Numbered from the whole stretch's first letter, positions 13,454-27,612 are shown. The stretch: 63,142 bases of DNA, filler included, from Octopus bimaculoides (GCF_001194135.2; 6 parts of 6 records of this genome joined end to end with filler, not necessarily neighbours in it); one strand, 5' to 3'. Program-made: numbers and translations. The notes: a model not told the origin generated them from the letters alone.

Positions 13454-13660
13454 GTACGTGCGGGGTCGGTGTGAAGGCTAGTGTGGGGGATGGTGTAGGG
13501 ATGGGGACTGGAACTGGAGAATTAAGGGTGGAATAACATTTAAAAAGTCTTTTATGTGTTCTACCAAGTTGAAATGTTCTAAAAAAAAAATACTGAAGCT
13601 CTCTGTATAGGCTTGCATGTCTGTGGTTCTTTAAATATATGTATGAATGTATGTATGTAT

Positions 13661-13878
13661 CTCTTTTACTCTTTTACTTGTTTCAGTCATTTGACTGCGG
13701 CCATGCTGGAGCACCGCCTTTAGTCGAGCAAGTCGACCCCGGGACTTATTCTTTGTAAGCCTAGTACTTATTCCATCAGTTTCTTTTGCCGAACCGCTAA
13801 GTGACGGGGACATAAACACACCAGCATCAGTTGTCAAGCAATGCTAGGGGGACAAACACAGACACACAAACACATACA

Positions 13879-13924
<46 letters not shown>
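13661..13924 (-). mobile_element. SINE C/D family, 3' half, running into its internal (CA)n
   Basis: ttacttgtttcagtcatttgactgcggccatgctggagcaccgcc...gccgaaccgctaagtgacgggg...gacaaacacagac; homologous to 49385 and 16741. Confidence 0.85.
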
Positions 13925-13938
13925 NNNNNNNNNNNNNN

Positions 13939-13981
<43 letters not shown>

Positions 13982-15213
13982 TTTTATTTACACATATATA
14001 TATACATATATTTTATTTATTTATACTTGAAGAAAGACTCACTTAAATTAAAAATCATTTATCATATAAAAAAGCTTAAAAAACAGAATGGCACGAACAT
14101 TTTGGAAGGGGGTTACTGCATTGAGTGTGTAAGCGCTTTCGCTCTTTATGGCTTTTCAAAAACACGTGTCATAGAGTAACCCGTATAGAGAAAGTTATAC
14201 GCATACATACATACATGCATACATACATACATACTTACATACATATATGCATACACACACGTACATACATACATGCGTTCATACACGCATACATAAATAC
14301 ATGCATTCCTACATACATATATGTGTCTGCGTGTTTGTGTGAGCATGTATGTGCTTGTGTAAAAGAGTTGCTAATAGATAAAAACTTATAGAATAACTAA
14401 TTCTTTCGTTAATAACAGAGGGAAGGAATAGAAGAAAAGACAAAAAAAAAGTCAGTGGCCTTAAAACTTCTATACAAGTTGTCTCATGAATAAATGCATA
14501 TGTTTTATATGAACGATATTCTAACGGAGACAAAGCAACACATTGTGTATGGAACTACGTCAATATAAATATATATTTATGTTAAATAACAATTGATAAC
14601 AATATTCCAAACACATGGAAATATATTGTTTTTGCTTCAATATTACATGTAAGACCGAGGGAAATATTTGTCAAATTTATTTCGATGGAGGTGAATCATG
14701 TTATAAATACGTGTGTGTGTGCGCTCGTGTTTGTGCGTGCATGTATGAGTATGCGAGCGTGCGCGCGCGCGCGAGCATGTGTACATACACACGCGCGCAT
14801 ACACGTGTATACTTATATATGTAGAAATATATATTTATGTATTTACATACATATTTACTTAAACATATGAATATATCAATGGTTTATATTATTTTCAGTT
14901 ATAATAAAACTATTTTTGCATTAACCTGATGGGTTACTCTATACTTTTGTAGAGTACAGATTTATTGTTCTCATACAAGAAGACTGTTGTTGACAGTGAC
15001 TTTGAAATAGCACTATCTTAACTGTATCCTACGATACACATTCGACACTCCTAAGAAACAAGGGTAAGTTTGTATGCACACGTGGTTGTTACACACACAT
15101 ATATATATATATATATACATACACACACACGTGTGTGTATCTGGTTAATGAGAGAGACGGAAGATGGAAGATAAGAGAATTTTTAGTAATCACTGTGTGT
15201 GTGTTAGTGTATT

Positions 15214-15262
<49 letters not shown>

Positions 15263-16163
15263 CAATATAAAATATACATTTTTATACAAAAGTCTGAAGC
15301 TCCGCTGAAGCTATAGGGTGATACATGAGCACTCAAATATGAATGCAGTGCATCTTGTAACAGAAACAGCTGTAAGCTAATGACGTTCATAACATAATCA
15401 TCCTTTCCTTTACTATTCTAATTTGTTATTACCGCTCTGTACTCGACCAACGCTTTGTTCCGAAGCATACGTATATTGCGCTATAACACCAGGTTATTAG
15501 TATCACAAAGCTTAAGTGAAATATTAAAATAATATTCATACACATATATGTATGTATATATACATACATACACATATATATATATGCGTGTGTGTGTCTG
15601 TAGATACATTTATACAATGATAAAGGTAAGAAGAAGGAACACTTGAAAATAAAATCACTCGTATATTGAAAGCAATCCATTAATAATAACATATCTCCGC
15701 AGCCTTCACTGCGACGACGGAGAATATAGAAAATATATTATCTATTTGAAGCTCGCTATTTGTTCCAAGTATCTGCTTACATTAGCTCTACTTATGTATC
15801 GTTACCTCATTTCATATTATTTCTACTCATATGTCATTGCGTTATTGCTTCAAGCCTGCTGGCCTTCGTTTTTATTTTTAATCTTTATCTTTATTTTTCT
15901 GTTTTTATTGATCTTTGTTAATCGCTTTGTACAAGCGAAAAGTTTTTCTGTCAAAATTACGAAATATATTTATTCACGCGCGTGTGCACCCCTACACGTA
16001 CACACTCACGCAAACCTATAAATACACATATAAATCTACAAATGTGCACATAAGTAAATATATACATCTATCTATCTCTCTGTCTATCTATCTATCTATC
16101 TATCTATCTTTATCTCAATCTCACTCTTTTTCTGTGTGTCTACATACATACATACATACACAC

Positions 16164-16203
<40 letters not shown>

Positions 16204-16740
16204 GTACAGTATACGAGAGAGTAGAAAAATATATAAAGGGAGAGAGAGAGAAGAAGAAGGAGGGGAAAAGATGGATGGATGCTTTAATAGATAGATGGAC
16301 TGACAAGTTGACAGACGGACGGACGGACGGATAGATGGATGTATGGATGGATGGATGGATGTTTTTCTTCGCCACCAAACTTTAGTGGGAACCTGTTCGA
16401 TTGTGCAGAGAAATGCACCAATTGCGCAACCCTTCCAGAAACAGCTGTAAAGGACTGCCTTCAAACCTTTTTTCTCTCAAATTCATGTTTGATTTTTTTA
16501 GCTGTGGTACCATTGAACTACTTGCCAAACTATGCCTCACCAACACAATGGACTTCATTCCTACGTTTCACCTGCAGCGTATCGATCCACATGTGATCTG
16601 TTACGAACTATTCACATTCTAGACTATTTCTGATTACCTGGTTAATGCAAACACACACGCACACACACACACACTTGCAAACCACACAAAACATTCACAC
16701 ACACACCACACCCATACACGTACACATCGAGATAACATAC

Positions 16741-16853
16741 CGTCTTCGCAAAAAGAGACCGATGGTACAAATACTGGGGTTAATTTGATCTACAAAACCA
16801 TTCGAAGCGGTGCCCCAGCATGGCCCGCAGTCTATTGACAAACGAACAAAGGA
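16741..16853 (+). mobile_element. SINE C/D family 3' fragment
   Basis: gcaaaaagagaccgatggtac...gcggtgccccagcatggcccgcagtctattgac; reverse-complement match to the 13661 copy. Confidence 0.7.
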
Positions 16854-17800
16854 TTACACCGTGACTGTTATGAAGACTCAATCTCCAGTTCTTTAAAGAG
16901 AATCGGTGACATTAATATGTGGTTGATACTGTTCTAGAATTTCTGTTGACGGAGGTATGGAGACATGGTTCTAGGGAGATTTTACTGTGCATTCTGGACA
17001 AGAATATAAAATACAGATTCTTTGCAAAATTAGTCAAGTGTGTATCGCAATTGGCACGCTCTCACAGGAACATAAATGTCAAAATAGGGTGATAAAATTG
17101 GAATGGTTTTCGTACATATACACGCATTCATTCATACATTTATGCATACACACATATATAAATTCATAGATGCATAACTTTAGGCATACATACATACATA
17201 CATACATACACATATATACGGATATATGTGTGTCTATCTGACAGTATAATCAATATATATATATATATATATATATANNNNNNNNNNNNNNNNNNNNNNN
17301 NNNNNNNNNNNNNNNNNNNNNNNNNNNNNNNNNNNNNNNNNNNNNNNNNNNNNNNNNNNNNNNNNNNNNNNNNNNNNNNNNNNNNNNNNNNNNNNNNNNN
17401 NNNNNNNNNNNNNNNNNNNNNNNNNNNNNNNNNNNNNNNNNNNNNNNNNNNNNNNNNNNNNNNNNNNNNNNNNNNNNNNNNNNNNNNNNNNNNNNNNNNN
17501 NNNNNNNNNNNNNNNNNNNNNNNNNNNNNNNNNNNNNNNNNNNNNNNNNNNNNNNNNNNNNNNNNNNNNNNNNNNNNNNNNNNNNNNNNNNNNNNNNNNN
17601 NNNNNNNNNNNNNNNNNNNNNNNNNNNNNNNNNNNNNNNNNNNNNNNNNNNNNNNNNNNNNNNNNNNNNNNNNNNNNNNNNNNNNNNNNNNNNNNNNNNN
17701 NNNNNNNNNNNNNNNNNNNNNNNNNNNNNNNNNNNNNNNNNNNNNNNNNNNNNNNNNNNNNNNNNNNNNNNNNNNNNNNNNNNNNNNNNNNNNNNNNNNN

Positions 17801-17841
<41 letters not shown>

Positions 17842-17975
17842 ATATGTATGTATATATATCTTCAAATGTTCATACACAATGTCACAATTGTATTTACATG
17901 TGTAAATATTTTAATCTACGTACACGCCTACCTGAATATACTCATATATGCACACATACGTACACACAATATATA

Positions 17976-18025
<50 letters not shown>

Positions 18026-18203
18026 ATGTTTATATATTGTATATGTATATATATTATATATATATATATATACATATATATAATATGATATATATATATA
18101 TATTTATCATATGTATCATAAGTGTATGTATATAGTTATATATGCATATATGTGTGTATATATATGTGTATATATACTCGTGTATATATATATATATATA
18201 CGA

Positions 18204-18243
<40 letters not shown>

Positions 18244-18473
18244 ATACATATATATGTTAGTATGTATGTATGTGCGCAAACTGGCACCTGTATTATTAAT
18301 TATTCATTTCATGTGCATGTGTGTATGTGTGTGTTTGGGGTTGTTTACACACACACATTCGTATACATACATGCATATTTTATATGCATAATATGTATAT
18401 GCATGTTTGCACCGTCACATTCGCGCACACAAACACACACTGGCGTGCACACATATAGATAGATAGATAGATA

Positions 18474-19145
18474 CATTTCTTTTATTAGCCACACAGGGCT
18501 CAACGAAGATGGGACAAATACAATGTAGAGCTTTTCTTTTTGGGAGGGGGAAGGAAGGAAAAANNNNNNNNNNNNNNNNNNNNNNNNNNNNNNNNNNNNN
18601 NNNNNNNNNNNNNNNNNNNNNNNNNNNNNNNNNNNNNNNNNNNNNNNNNNNNNNNNNNNNNNNNNNNNNNNNNNNNNNNNNNNNNNNNNNNNNNNNNNNN
18701 NNNNNNNNNNNNNNNNNNNNNNNNNNNNNNNNNNNNNNNNNNNNNNNNNNNNNNNNNNNNNNNNNNNNNNNNNNNNNNNNNNNNNNNNNNNNNNNNNNNN
18801 NNNNNNNNNNNNNNNNNNNNNNNNNNNNNNNNNNNNNNNNNNNNNNNNNNNNNNNNNNNNNNNNNNNNNNNNNNNNNNNNNNNNNNNNNNNNNNNNNNNN
18901 NNNNNNNNNNNNNNNNNNNNNNNNNNNNCACACAGTAATGTTCTCGTGTAAAAAGAGGGGAGGACAGTTTAGGTTTAGCCGTGGAAGGAAAAGCCCACGG
19001 AAAAGACCACGGTAACCTTGGTCAATATTCTCATTGAAGAAACTATAACAGTAAGTGACTCTCTTTTGCCTTTTTGTTTTATTTTTTTTTTCTTGTTCAT
19101 AGGGTTATGCTCAAGATGGCTCCGTCGTTCACACGTGCCATCCTT
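18474..19145 (-). mobile_element. 5'-truncated Tx1/L1-like LINE 3' end, flanked by (GATA)n on both sides (internal gap)
   Basis: Minus strand reads [15 protein letters not shown], then a UTR ending gccctgtgtggctaataaagaaatg (AATAAA) directly into (TATC)n. Family assignment rests on recall of octopus Tx1 ORF2 C-termini. Confidence 0.6.
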
Positions 19146-19194
<49 letters not shown>

Positions 19195-19204
19195 GTAGAG
19201 CGAC

Positions 19205-19239
<35 letters not shown>

Positions 19240-20386
19240 TAGATAGATAGGTAGATAAATAGATCGATAGATAGATAGATATGTACACACACATGTTGGT
19301 GTACATGTTTTCTTGCGCGCGCATGTACATCTATGTGTATATGATTAATTATTTGGACGCATGTGAGCATGTCAAGTTGTGCAAGAGAATTTGCATTAAA
19401 AAATTGAAATCAATTTACCAGAAACTTTCACAAGAATTCTATTGGGTTACGTTAACAGTATCCAGTACATAATGTTAATATTTTAAACGTTACATAATCC
19501 TATTCAGGATGAATGGTGTAATTAACATTAGCTGCATGACGTAATGCTATGATTTAAAATGCATCCAGAAATGTATAAGGCAATATCAAAAGTATTCCAT
19601 ATTCTCTTATGTAATTTAATTTGTTATATGCCTGCACTTTCATATGCACTTCTTGGCATTTTATTTACACGTGTTGTTGTTGTGGTGGTGGTGGTGGTGG
19701 TAGTGATGGTGGTGGTGGTGATTGTGGAGGTGGTAGTGATGGTGTTAGTGGTGGTAGTAGTAGTGATGATGATCGTGGTTGTGGTAGTAGTGGTGGTAGT
19801 GGTGGTAGTAGTGATGGTGGTGGTGGTGGTGGTGGTGGTGGTGGGAGTTTTGGGATTTTGCGGAGGGTCAAAAATAAGTAACACAAACAGGACAGTGAAA
19901 ACAAACAGGAAGGGCTGCTACGCCTAAACGAGGTTGCGGTGATATATANNNNNNNNNNNNNNNNNNNNNNNNNNNNNNNNNNNNNNNNNNNNNNNNNNNN
20001 NNNNNNNNNNNNNNNNNNNNNNNNNNNNNNNNNNNNNNNNNNNNNNNNNNNNNNNNNNNNNNNNNNNNNNNNNNNNNNNNNNNNNNNNNNNNNNNNNNNN
20101 NNNNNNNNNNNNNNNNNNNNNNNNNNNNNNNNNNNNNNNNNNNNNNNNNNNNNNNNNNNNNNNNNNNNNNNNNNNNNNNNNNNNNNNNNNNNNNNNNNNN
20201 NNNNNNNNNNNNNNNNNNNNNNNNNNNNNNNNNNNNNNNNNNNNNNNNNNNNNNNNNNNNNNNNNNNNNNNNNNNNNNNNNNNNNNNNNNNNNNNNNNNN
20301 NNNNNNNNNNNNNNNNNNNNNNNNNNNNNNNNNNNNNNNNNNNNNNNNNNNNNNNNNNNNNNNNNNNNNNNNNNNNNNNNNNNNNT

Positions 20387-20620
20387 ATGCGTGAGTGAGT
20401 GTAAAATACAGACGTTCGACGTCGTTCTGAAATTAAATGAAGACTTAGAAAATGATTCCGGACTGAAATTCTGTGTCCAGATAAATACAAATAAAACTCA
20501 TTGTGATACAATGTCTTTATTTCTGGAGATGGAGATTCGCATAAGAAATGGTAGACGCGTCAAGTTTGTCTCGACTAAATAAACAGATAAGTGCTAGTAG
20601 ACGGTGAACGTCTCATCAAA
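20387..20620 (-). mobile_element. Putative 3' terminal repeat of the Penelope-like element, with a decayed hammerhead core
   Basis: Minus strand ttgatga-GACG ttcac CGTC-t-actag at 20592-20619; same strand as, and downstream of, the GIY fragment. Confidence 0.35.
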
Positions 20621-20795
20621 TGGAACCGATACATACGTATACAGACTTGCATGTACTCACAGAAGCACGTACAAGCACACAGAGGCATAAACATACACTC
20701 AGATACACACACACAAACACACACACATATGCATACATAGTATTTCATTTAAAGTACACAACAATTGTCTTTTAGACACTCGCACACACACGCAC

Positions 20796-20844
<49 letters not shown>

Positions 20845-20963
20845 AGTGTGAAGTGTAAGTCAACGTGTATGGATTTATTTGTGAAGTTCATGTGTGTGTG
20901 TGTTGCTCTTTTGCCGTGGATGTGTGAAGTGAAAGCCCTAGGTATACGTGTGTGTGTGTGTGT

Positions 20964-21015
<52 letters not shown>

Positions 21016-21039
21016 CGTGTGTCTGCGCGTGCGTAATGG

Positions 21040-21500
21040 GGGAAGTACGTTCGATAGTGTCACGTTCATATCATGTCCATGTCTTTACAAGCAACTTCTA
21101 AGCACTTTATGCTGTAGATTCCATTTCTAGTTCAACAGTTAATGCTAGGATTAATCCTAAACACCATGCAGTTATCATTGGTGCGTATAGTAATCTCAAA
21201 GGGATACGTCCTACATAGTTGTGACCTGATGGAGTTCCCTGGCTTTTCAACGAGCTTATTGTTGAGTTTCGTCTCCTTCAGAGCTCTCCTAAATTTACAA
21301 GCTAATTCTCCATAGGCTGTTGCCTCTACAAACATCACTCCTTGATATTTGTCGGATTTGTTCCACGTGTAGACCCTGTTTGCTTTGTCACAAGCTCTTT
21401 GTATTCTTTTGCAGTCTTTACTTCTATACCTAGGGCAGGTAGCTATCTAACTTCTTTCTAGCACCCATGTATACACGAACCCTATCTTTCTGATCATATC
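21040..21500 (-). mobile_element. Penelope-like element fragment (RT-EN linker and start of GIY-YIG), decayed
   Basis: PRYRSKDCKR...YQGVMFVEATAYGELACKFRRALKETK...VEKPGNSIRSQLCRTYPF...C...NC*TRNGIYSIKCLEVAC: PLE linker, Cys knuckle and a literal GIY motif. Confidence 0.7.
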
Positions 21501-21517
21501 CAGAGAATTACAGTAGT

Positions 21518-21617
21518 TATAGTAGAAGACACTTGCCCAAGGTGCCACGCAGTTGGACTGAACCTGGAACCATGAGGTTGGGAGAAAGCTTCTTATCCCA
21601 CTGCCACTCCTGCACCT
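21518..21617 (-). mobile_element. SINE C/D tRNA-like head
   Basis: agtagaagacacttgcccaaggtgccacgcagttggactgaacctggaacc...; reverse complement of the 39085 copy. Confidence 0.8.
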
Positions 21618-22858
21618 GTCATCAGTATAATTATTATATTTTTCAGTAACTTGTAACAGCTACCAATAAGAATGGTTTATAAGCACCACGAGAAAGATTT
21701 AAAGTGTATTTATATATTTTGCTTTGTATTACAAATAGACTTCGTTCTCTTTTAAATTGCAGGAATATAATTTTGTTCTATATAACAAATATATTTCGTA
21801 TGAATAAAATATACATTCACATTCTTCAAACATAAACGAAACGTGTTTATGAGAATCAAAACATCTTACGGTTGTAAATCCTCAAATCAGTCTCTTAAAA
21901 AACATATACCAATGTTTTATTTTCAAAATGTTGCAAACTCAATCTCTGATGTCTAAAACGATTTTATTTAAAGGCACCATAAAAATGTTAGAGGGAGGGG
22001 TCTAAAAATCCAATATCTTTATTTTCATTTTCACATTTTAAAATTAGCGTACAGTTATGAATGTTTGAAGTCTCTTAAACTTGTTTGTCTACAGTAATGC
22101 TTAATGAAATAGTTTTCTAAATTTGATGAAGGGCCCTACCTAAATCGTCAAATATTTCCTATTCCACGCAACAACGAAATATCTAAAAAGGCTTGTCAGT
22201 CTACCTGGTGGTCCCAGCGATTGTGAATGTTTGACGTCGAATGCGAGAAACGTATCATGAGTTGTAAATACTAGAATTTAGGATTTTAGCGAAATCAGAG
22301 AACGGGTAATGTGAACAGTGTAGAGTCATTTGAAATCGGCTTCTGGTTACCCCGTTTCCACCCCCACCCCCCGAGTGTCATTTGAAACTGGTTTTTGGTT
22401 ACGGAGAGTGACTCGAAATGGGGGGTTATCTCGAAGTCTTTACACCGGTTCGAAAAGTCAAGCCAAACATCTGACGTGTGGCACAACGAAACTTGGACAG
22501 ACAATATAGATTTGAGGGAGAGAGAGGCCGCTTATGCACAACACGAACATTTGATCATCGAAAATAAATAATTTGTGCAGGTCATTCATAAAAAAAAATT
22601 ACGGAGACTATCAAGACAACCCTTATGTAAAATAAACACGTGCTGAGGGATTATAGGGTGCCACAGAAATTGTAAATAGTTTACGGCACAAAAGAAATCG
22701 TTTTAAACTTGCTAAAATAAACATTATTGAGTGTGCCTTTCCAAAATGTAGACATTCCCTTTCGTATATTTTTAACATTAAGGGTCACAAATTGCTCAGC
22801 TAAGCATTCATTTTCTCAGTTGAAGTAAATTAAAAATCTCATCAAAACAATGCAACAA

Positions 22859-23035
22859 GGGGTCCAGTCGATTAGATCGACCCCAGTGTTCAACTGATAC
22901 TTTATTTATCGACCCCGAAATGATGAAAGGCAAAAATCGACCTCGACGGATTTTGAACTCAGAACATAGCGATAGACGATATACCGCTAAGCATTTCGTC
23001 CAGCGTGCTAACGATTCTGCCAGCTCGCTGCCTTA
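22859..23035 (-). mobile_element. SINE family A
   Basis: Same diagnostic blocks as the 928 and 48917 copies. Confidence 0.9.
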
Positions 23036-23197
23036 CGTCACAACTCATTTCTACAACTATTTGAACTGGAGCAACGTGAATTAAAGTGTCTTGCTCAAGA
23101 ACACAGAACATAGAACATAGCCCGGTGCGAGAATCGAACTCACTACCTCGTGATTGTGAGCCCGACGCTCTAACCATTGAGCTATGCGCCTTCACAC
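23036..23197 (-). mobile_element. tRNA-derived SINE head (B-related)
   Basis: Minus strand gtgtgaaggcgcatagctcaatggttagagc...gagttcgattctc (A and B boxes); no acceptor stem. Confidence 0.75.
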
Positions 23198-23707
23198 AAC
23201 AGTAATAATAATAGTCATAAATCTTTAATATAATTGGTTCCGTATTATCTTCATCTTTGCAGTTCCGACATAGTGGCTCAGGTTTAAATGATAAACCACA
23301 TAGATCAATATATATAGCTATGTGTATGCATCGATATATGGTTACGTGTATGTGTACACGTGTGTGCGTGCCTGTGTGTGTGTGTGTGCATGTGTGTGTA
23401 TGTATGTGAGAGAGAAACATGAAAATTTGGTGTATGTGTATTTGTGTATGCATGCGTCTGGATCAAGGTATGTATGTATGTATAATGCGTGTGTATATGC
23501 ATGCGTATATGCGTGCCTGTGCATGTATATGTGGGAATGTATATTTGGACATGTATATATATGTATATATTCATGTGTGTTTGCTTGCATGTGTAAGCAT
23601 GTATATAGGTATGTGTGTGTGTATGTACAAATGTATGTGTCTATTTGACAGTCAGTCTCTGTCCGTCCGTGTGTGTGTATCTATGTGTGTGTGAGTCTGT
23701 ATATAAG

Positions 23708-23746
<39 letters not shown>

Positions 23747-23792
23747 GTGTGTGTGTGTGTTAGTGTGTGTGTGTGTGTGTACATATAAATAT

Positions 23793-23926
23793 TCGAGGGG
23801 TGCTGAAAAATTCCTGATTGTGAGGGTGTCGCGAAAGCCTTGGTCCGAAGTTTGGTCGGAGGCCCAACCTTCCGAGTTCTTTTACAGGGCTTAGAAAAAC
23901 TGACGGATCACTGCAATAAGTGTGTG
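23793..23926 (+). mobile_element. Mariner internal-deletion derivative
   Basis: TIR-like cgaggggtgctgaaaaattcctg followed within ~90 bp by LQGLEKLTDHCNKCV, resembling the mariner transposase C-terminus. Confidence 0.65.
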
Positions 23927-24839
23927 NNNNNNNNNNNNNNNNNNNNNNNNNNNNNNNNNNNNNNNNNNNNNNNNNNNNNNNNNNNNNNNNNNNNNNNNNN
24001 NNNNNNNNNNNNNNNNNNNNNNNNNNNNNNNNNNNNNNNNNNNNNNNNNNNNNNNNNNNNNNNNNNNNNNNNNNNNNNNNNNNNNNNNNNNNNNNNNNNN
24101 NNNNNNNNNNNNNNNNNNNNNNNNNNNNNNNNNNNNNNNNNNNNNNNNNNNNNNNNNNNNNNNNNNNNNNNNNNNNNNNNNNNNNNNNNNNNNNNNNNNN
24201 NNNNNNNTGTGTGTGTGTGTGTGTGTGTGTGTATTACCGTCTTCGAAATTCATCTCACAAGACATTAGTCACTTCCGCGGTGAAACAGAAGACGTTTGTC
24301 CAAGTCACCAGATGGTGGGATGGAACCCGTAACCACAGGCTCGTGAAACGTACTTCATAACTCGCACGACAGTCATAGCCAACAGTGATTATCGCAAAAC
24401 TTTTAACAACAGTTTGCTAAGAAGAATTCCGGAGCATCTTTATTCGCCGCGCCAGTTTATTTGATTTTATTTCCTCTTATTGTTTAATGTCTTTCTGGTT
24501 GTCTATTATTATAAAGATAATGCGAAAATATCTCCCCCTTCTCTCCCTATTTCCTTATCCACGTCTCCCAACGTCTTTCCATTCTTTTCTTCTCTCGTTT
24601 TTATATTTGTTTTAACCATATCTCACCCACCTGTCTCTCTTTTTCTCTCTTATAGAAGACGGCAGGTAATGTTAAACTGATTTATAATTCATATGCTAGC
24701 ACCAGAAAGTCCATTAAACAGCGTCGAGGCATGATTCTTGTCTGTTAATGCAGGCTGTTGTTTTAAAAATATATCGATTTCTTAGTTGGGAACTCGACTA
24801 CAAATTGATTGCTGGGTGTGACAAATGAGATAGTGTGTC

Positions 24840-25135
24840 TGACATCCGCTGCTCTCTCTCTTTTTCCCTCCCTCCGAGCTTCCATCTATCTCTGTCACTC
24901 CGTCTCTCTCCTTCTCTCTCTCTTTCTTCTCTCTTTCCTTCTCTTTCTCTGAACCTCCATCTCTCTCCTTCTCCCTCTTTATTCTCTCTCTCTCTCCCTC
25001 TCTGTGAATTTCCATCTCTCTCTGTCACTCAAACCCTCACCGATTTCTCTTTCTTTCTGTCTCTCTCCCTCTCTAAACTTTCATCTTTATCCCTGTCACT
25101 CCTGTCTCTTTCTCTCTCCCTTTCTCTCTGAACAT

Positions 25136-25176
<41 letters not shown>

Positions 25177-25192
25177 CATCAATCTCTCTCTC

Positions 25193-25272
<80 letters not shown>
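24840..25272. repeat. (CT)n-rich compound tract with a repeated tgaacatcaat interruption
   Basis: Directly visible. Confidence 0.9.
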
Positions 25273-25274
<2 letters not shown>

Positions 25275-25640
25275 TCAACAGAATTACTGCCAACATCGAA
25301 GTAAAATTACTTTCAGCCAAGAATGGAAACCAGTTGGCAGCTCCAGTCTGATTGGCCAGTCAAAACTGCCAAAATGGTGTCGTTTCCCCAGCTGGATCAC
25401 ACTCACTTTACATACGGGTACTAAATTCGTCATTAAAACCAACAACTCACCGGAATCGTATTTGTTGTCTTGAATGAATGACAACGTATGGTTTGGGGGT
25501 TCGGTTTGGTTTGGGTTTGGTTTGGTGCCAGACGAGACAAGAGTTGTGTTGGATCTGTTAGATCACTTTCAAGATTCCGAGTTCGATTCCAATCAGTGAC
25601 CTGAACAACAACAACAACAATAATGGTAATAATAATAATA

Positions 25641-25777
25641 ATAGAGGTAACTCGAATGTGGAATCTAAAAACAGAAACAATTCCTATCATAGTGGGCACA
25701 TTAGGTATGATAAAAAAAATATTCAGACAAATACATAACAAAAAGAACCAGGACTTACAAGTATATATAACATACAG
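25641..25777 (+). mobile_element. R4/Dong-like RLE retrotransposon C-terminal fragment, joined to (TAA)n
   Basis: IEVTRMWNLKTETIPIIVGTLGMIKK / PGLTSIYNIQ; begins directly after taataataata. Confidence 0.75.
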
Positions 25778-26447
25778 TCGTATACGTACAATTAAATCCG
25801 TACATCGCCATCACATCGGTCTTTCTCTTCATCTCTCTCCGTCTCTGTCTGTTTCCACAGACACAATCTCCACCCTGCATGTCCACAACCCTTGCCCCAT
25901 ACACAATAGTCCCCCCCACACACACTCTAATGTGACCTCCTTCTCTCCATCTCTCATTCTTTCTCTCATTCTTTCTCTTTCTCTCCTTTTCTATCTCCAA
26001 ATAACTCCATATCGTCTGCTAAAAATGATCAACCATTCTTAAATAACAATGTACTTTCCCGCTCCTTTTCACATGCTTTTCAAAACTATTATCTTCAGAA
26101 AAGTTCTTTGCTTTCATATTTTATATTTCATTTTTTTTTTATGTATTTTATTTCAAGTCTTGGAATTGTGATTCCTACGAATTTATCTTCTTTCTTCTAT
26201 TTTTTCTTGATGCCATGTTTCATTCCTGTCTTTCTATCTATTTTCATTCATAGTTTCTTTCTTTCTTTATTTCTTTGTTTGTTTGTTTGTTTGTTTGTTT
26301 CTTTCTTTCTTTCTTTTCTTCATTCAAAGTTTATTTCGTTCTTTCTTTCCTTTTTTCTTTCTTTCTTTACATTTATTCGTTAAAACTTTTTCTTCCTTTC
26401 TTTTTTCTTTCTTTCTGTCATTCATTCATTCAGTCATTCTTTCTCTC

Positions 26448-26491
<44 letters not shown>

Positions 26492-26930
26492 NNNNNNNNN
26501 NNNNNNNNNNNNNNNNNNNNNNNNNNNNNNNNNNNNNNNNNNNNNNNNNNNNNNNNNNNNNNNNNNNNNNNNNNNNNNNNNNNNNNNNNNNNNNNNNNNN
26601 NNNNNNNNNNNNNNNNNNNNNNNNNNNNNNNNNNNNNNNNNNNNNNNNNNNNNNNNNNNNNNNNNNNNNNNNNNNNNNNNNNNNNNNNNNNNNNNNNNNN
26701 NNNNNNNNNNNNNNNNNNNNNNNNNNNNNNNNNNNNNNNNNNNNNNNNNNNNNNNNNNNNNNNNNNNNNNNNNNNNNNNNNNNNNNNNNNNNTCTTAAGC
26801 ATCTTCAGATCAAATGAATATTTTATAAGTTTCAAGCCGATCTTTATAACTCGTATTTCTTCTCTTGGGGACAAAGTACATTATAGTCGCAATTGAGAGA
26901 GTTATTCATTAGCTCAGAGCAACGATGGGC

Positions 26931-27320
26931 CGAGGGTGGGCTGAAAGGTTCGTAGGAGGAGTGACATTAGAACTGTGAAATCTTGCATGCATTTTAACTC
27001 TTCTTATTAACGATTGCATGAGGTTTTTTTTCCCAGGCAAACTGACATCTGACTGTTCAAAGCAGACTTCAAAAGTAACTAGTAGCGACTTCTCTTGAAA
27101 ATGGACAAAATTTGGCATCGTGGTGTTATCAAGTATCTATGGAAAAAGGGTTTAGCCCCTAAGGGCATCCATGCTGACGTAGTTGTTACATTAGGGCATG
27201 ACGCTCCATCCTTATCAACTGCGAAAAAGTGGGAAGCTGAAATTCGGAGGAGAATGGATAGTCTTGAAGATGTTCTGGATGTCCTGCAACTGGCAACACC
27301 GAGGACATTAAAACATTCAG
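26931..27320 (+). mobile_element. Mariner transposon 5' part (TIR plus N-terminal HTH), decayed
   Basis: TIR cgagggtgggctgaaaggttcgtagg; MDKIWHRGVIKYLWKKGLAPKGIHADVVVTLGHDAPSLSTAKKW...SLED; homologous to 62490-63034. Confidence 0.9.
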
Positions 27321-27329
27321 ACAGACAGA

Positions 27330-27579
27330 CAATACAAAGGCAGACAAGAGAAACAACAATTAGGACAGGCAAAAAAGGACGGTTCATTCGTGGATTTCTT
27401 TCCTCAGTCAAGCTCCAGACGTCACGACCATTTCGGGCAGTTACACTTGAGATGGTTCAATCTGGTAGCTCCCCAAAAAGTCTAAGCTAAGAGCATTAGA
27501 CCCCTTTGCAATAAAGCTAGCCAATGTGTACGGCAACAAAAACAAAAATCAAACAAAATAACAGAAAACATGGTACATA

Positions 27580-27580
<1 letters not shown>
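27330..27580. mobile_element. Diverged copy of the TA-anchored ~250-bp family
   Basis: ttcgtggatttctttcctcagtc...tccagac...tttcggg...aatctgg aligns with 43965-44046 and with the reverse complement of 61530-61614; boundaries approximate. Confidence 0.55.
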
Positions 27581-27612
<32 letters not shown>

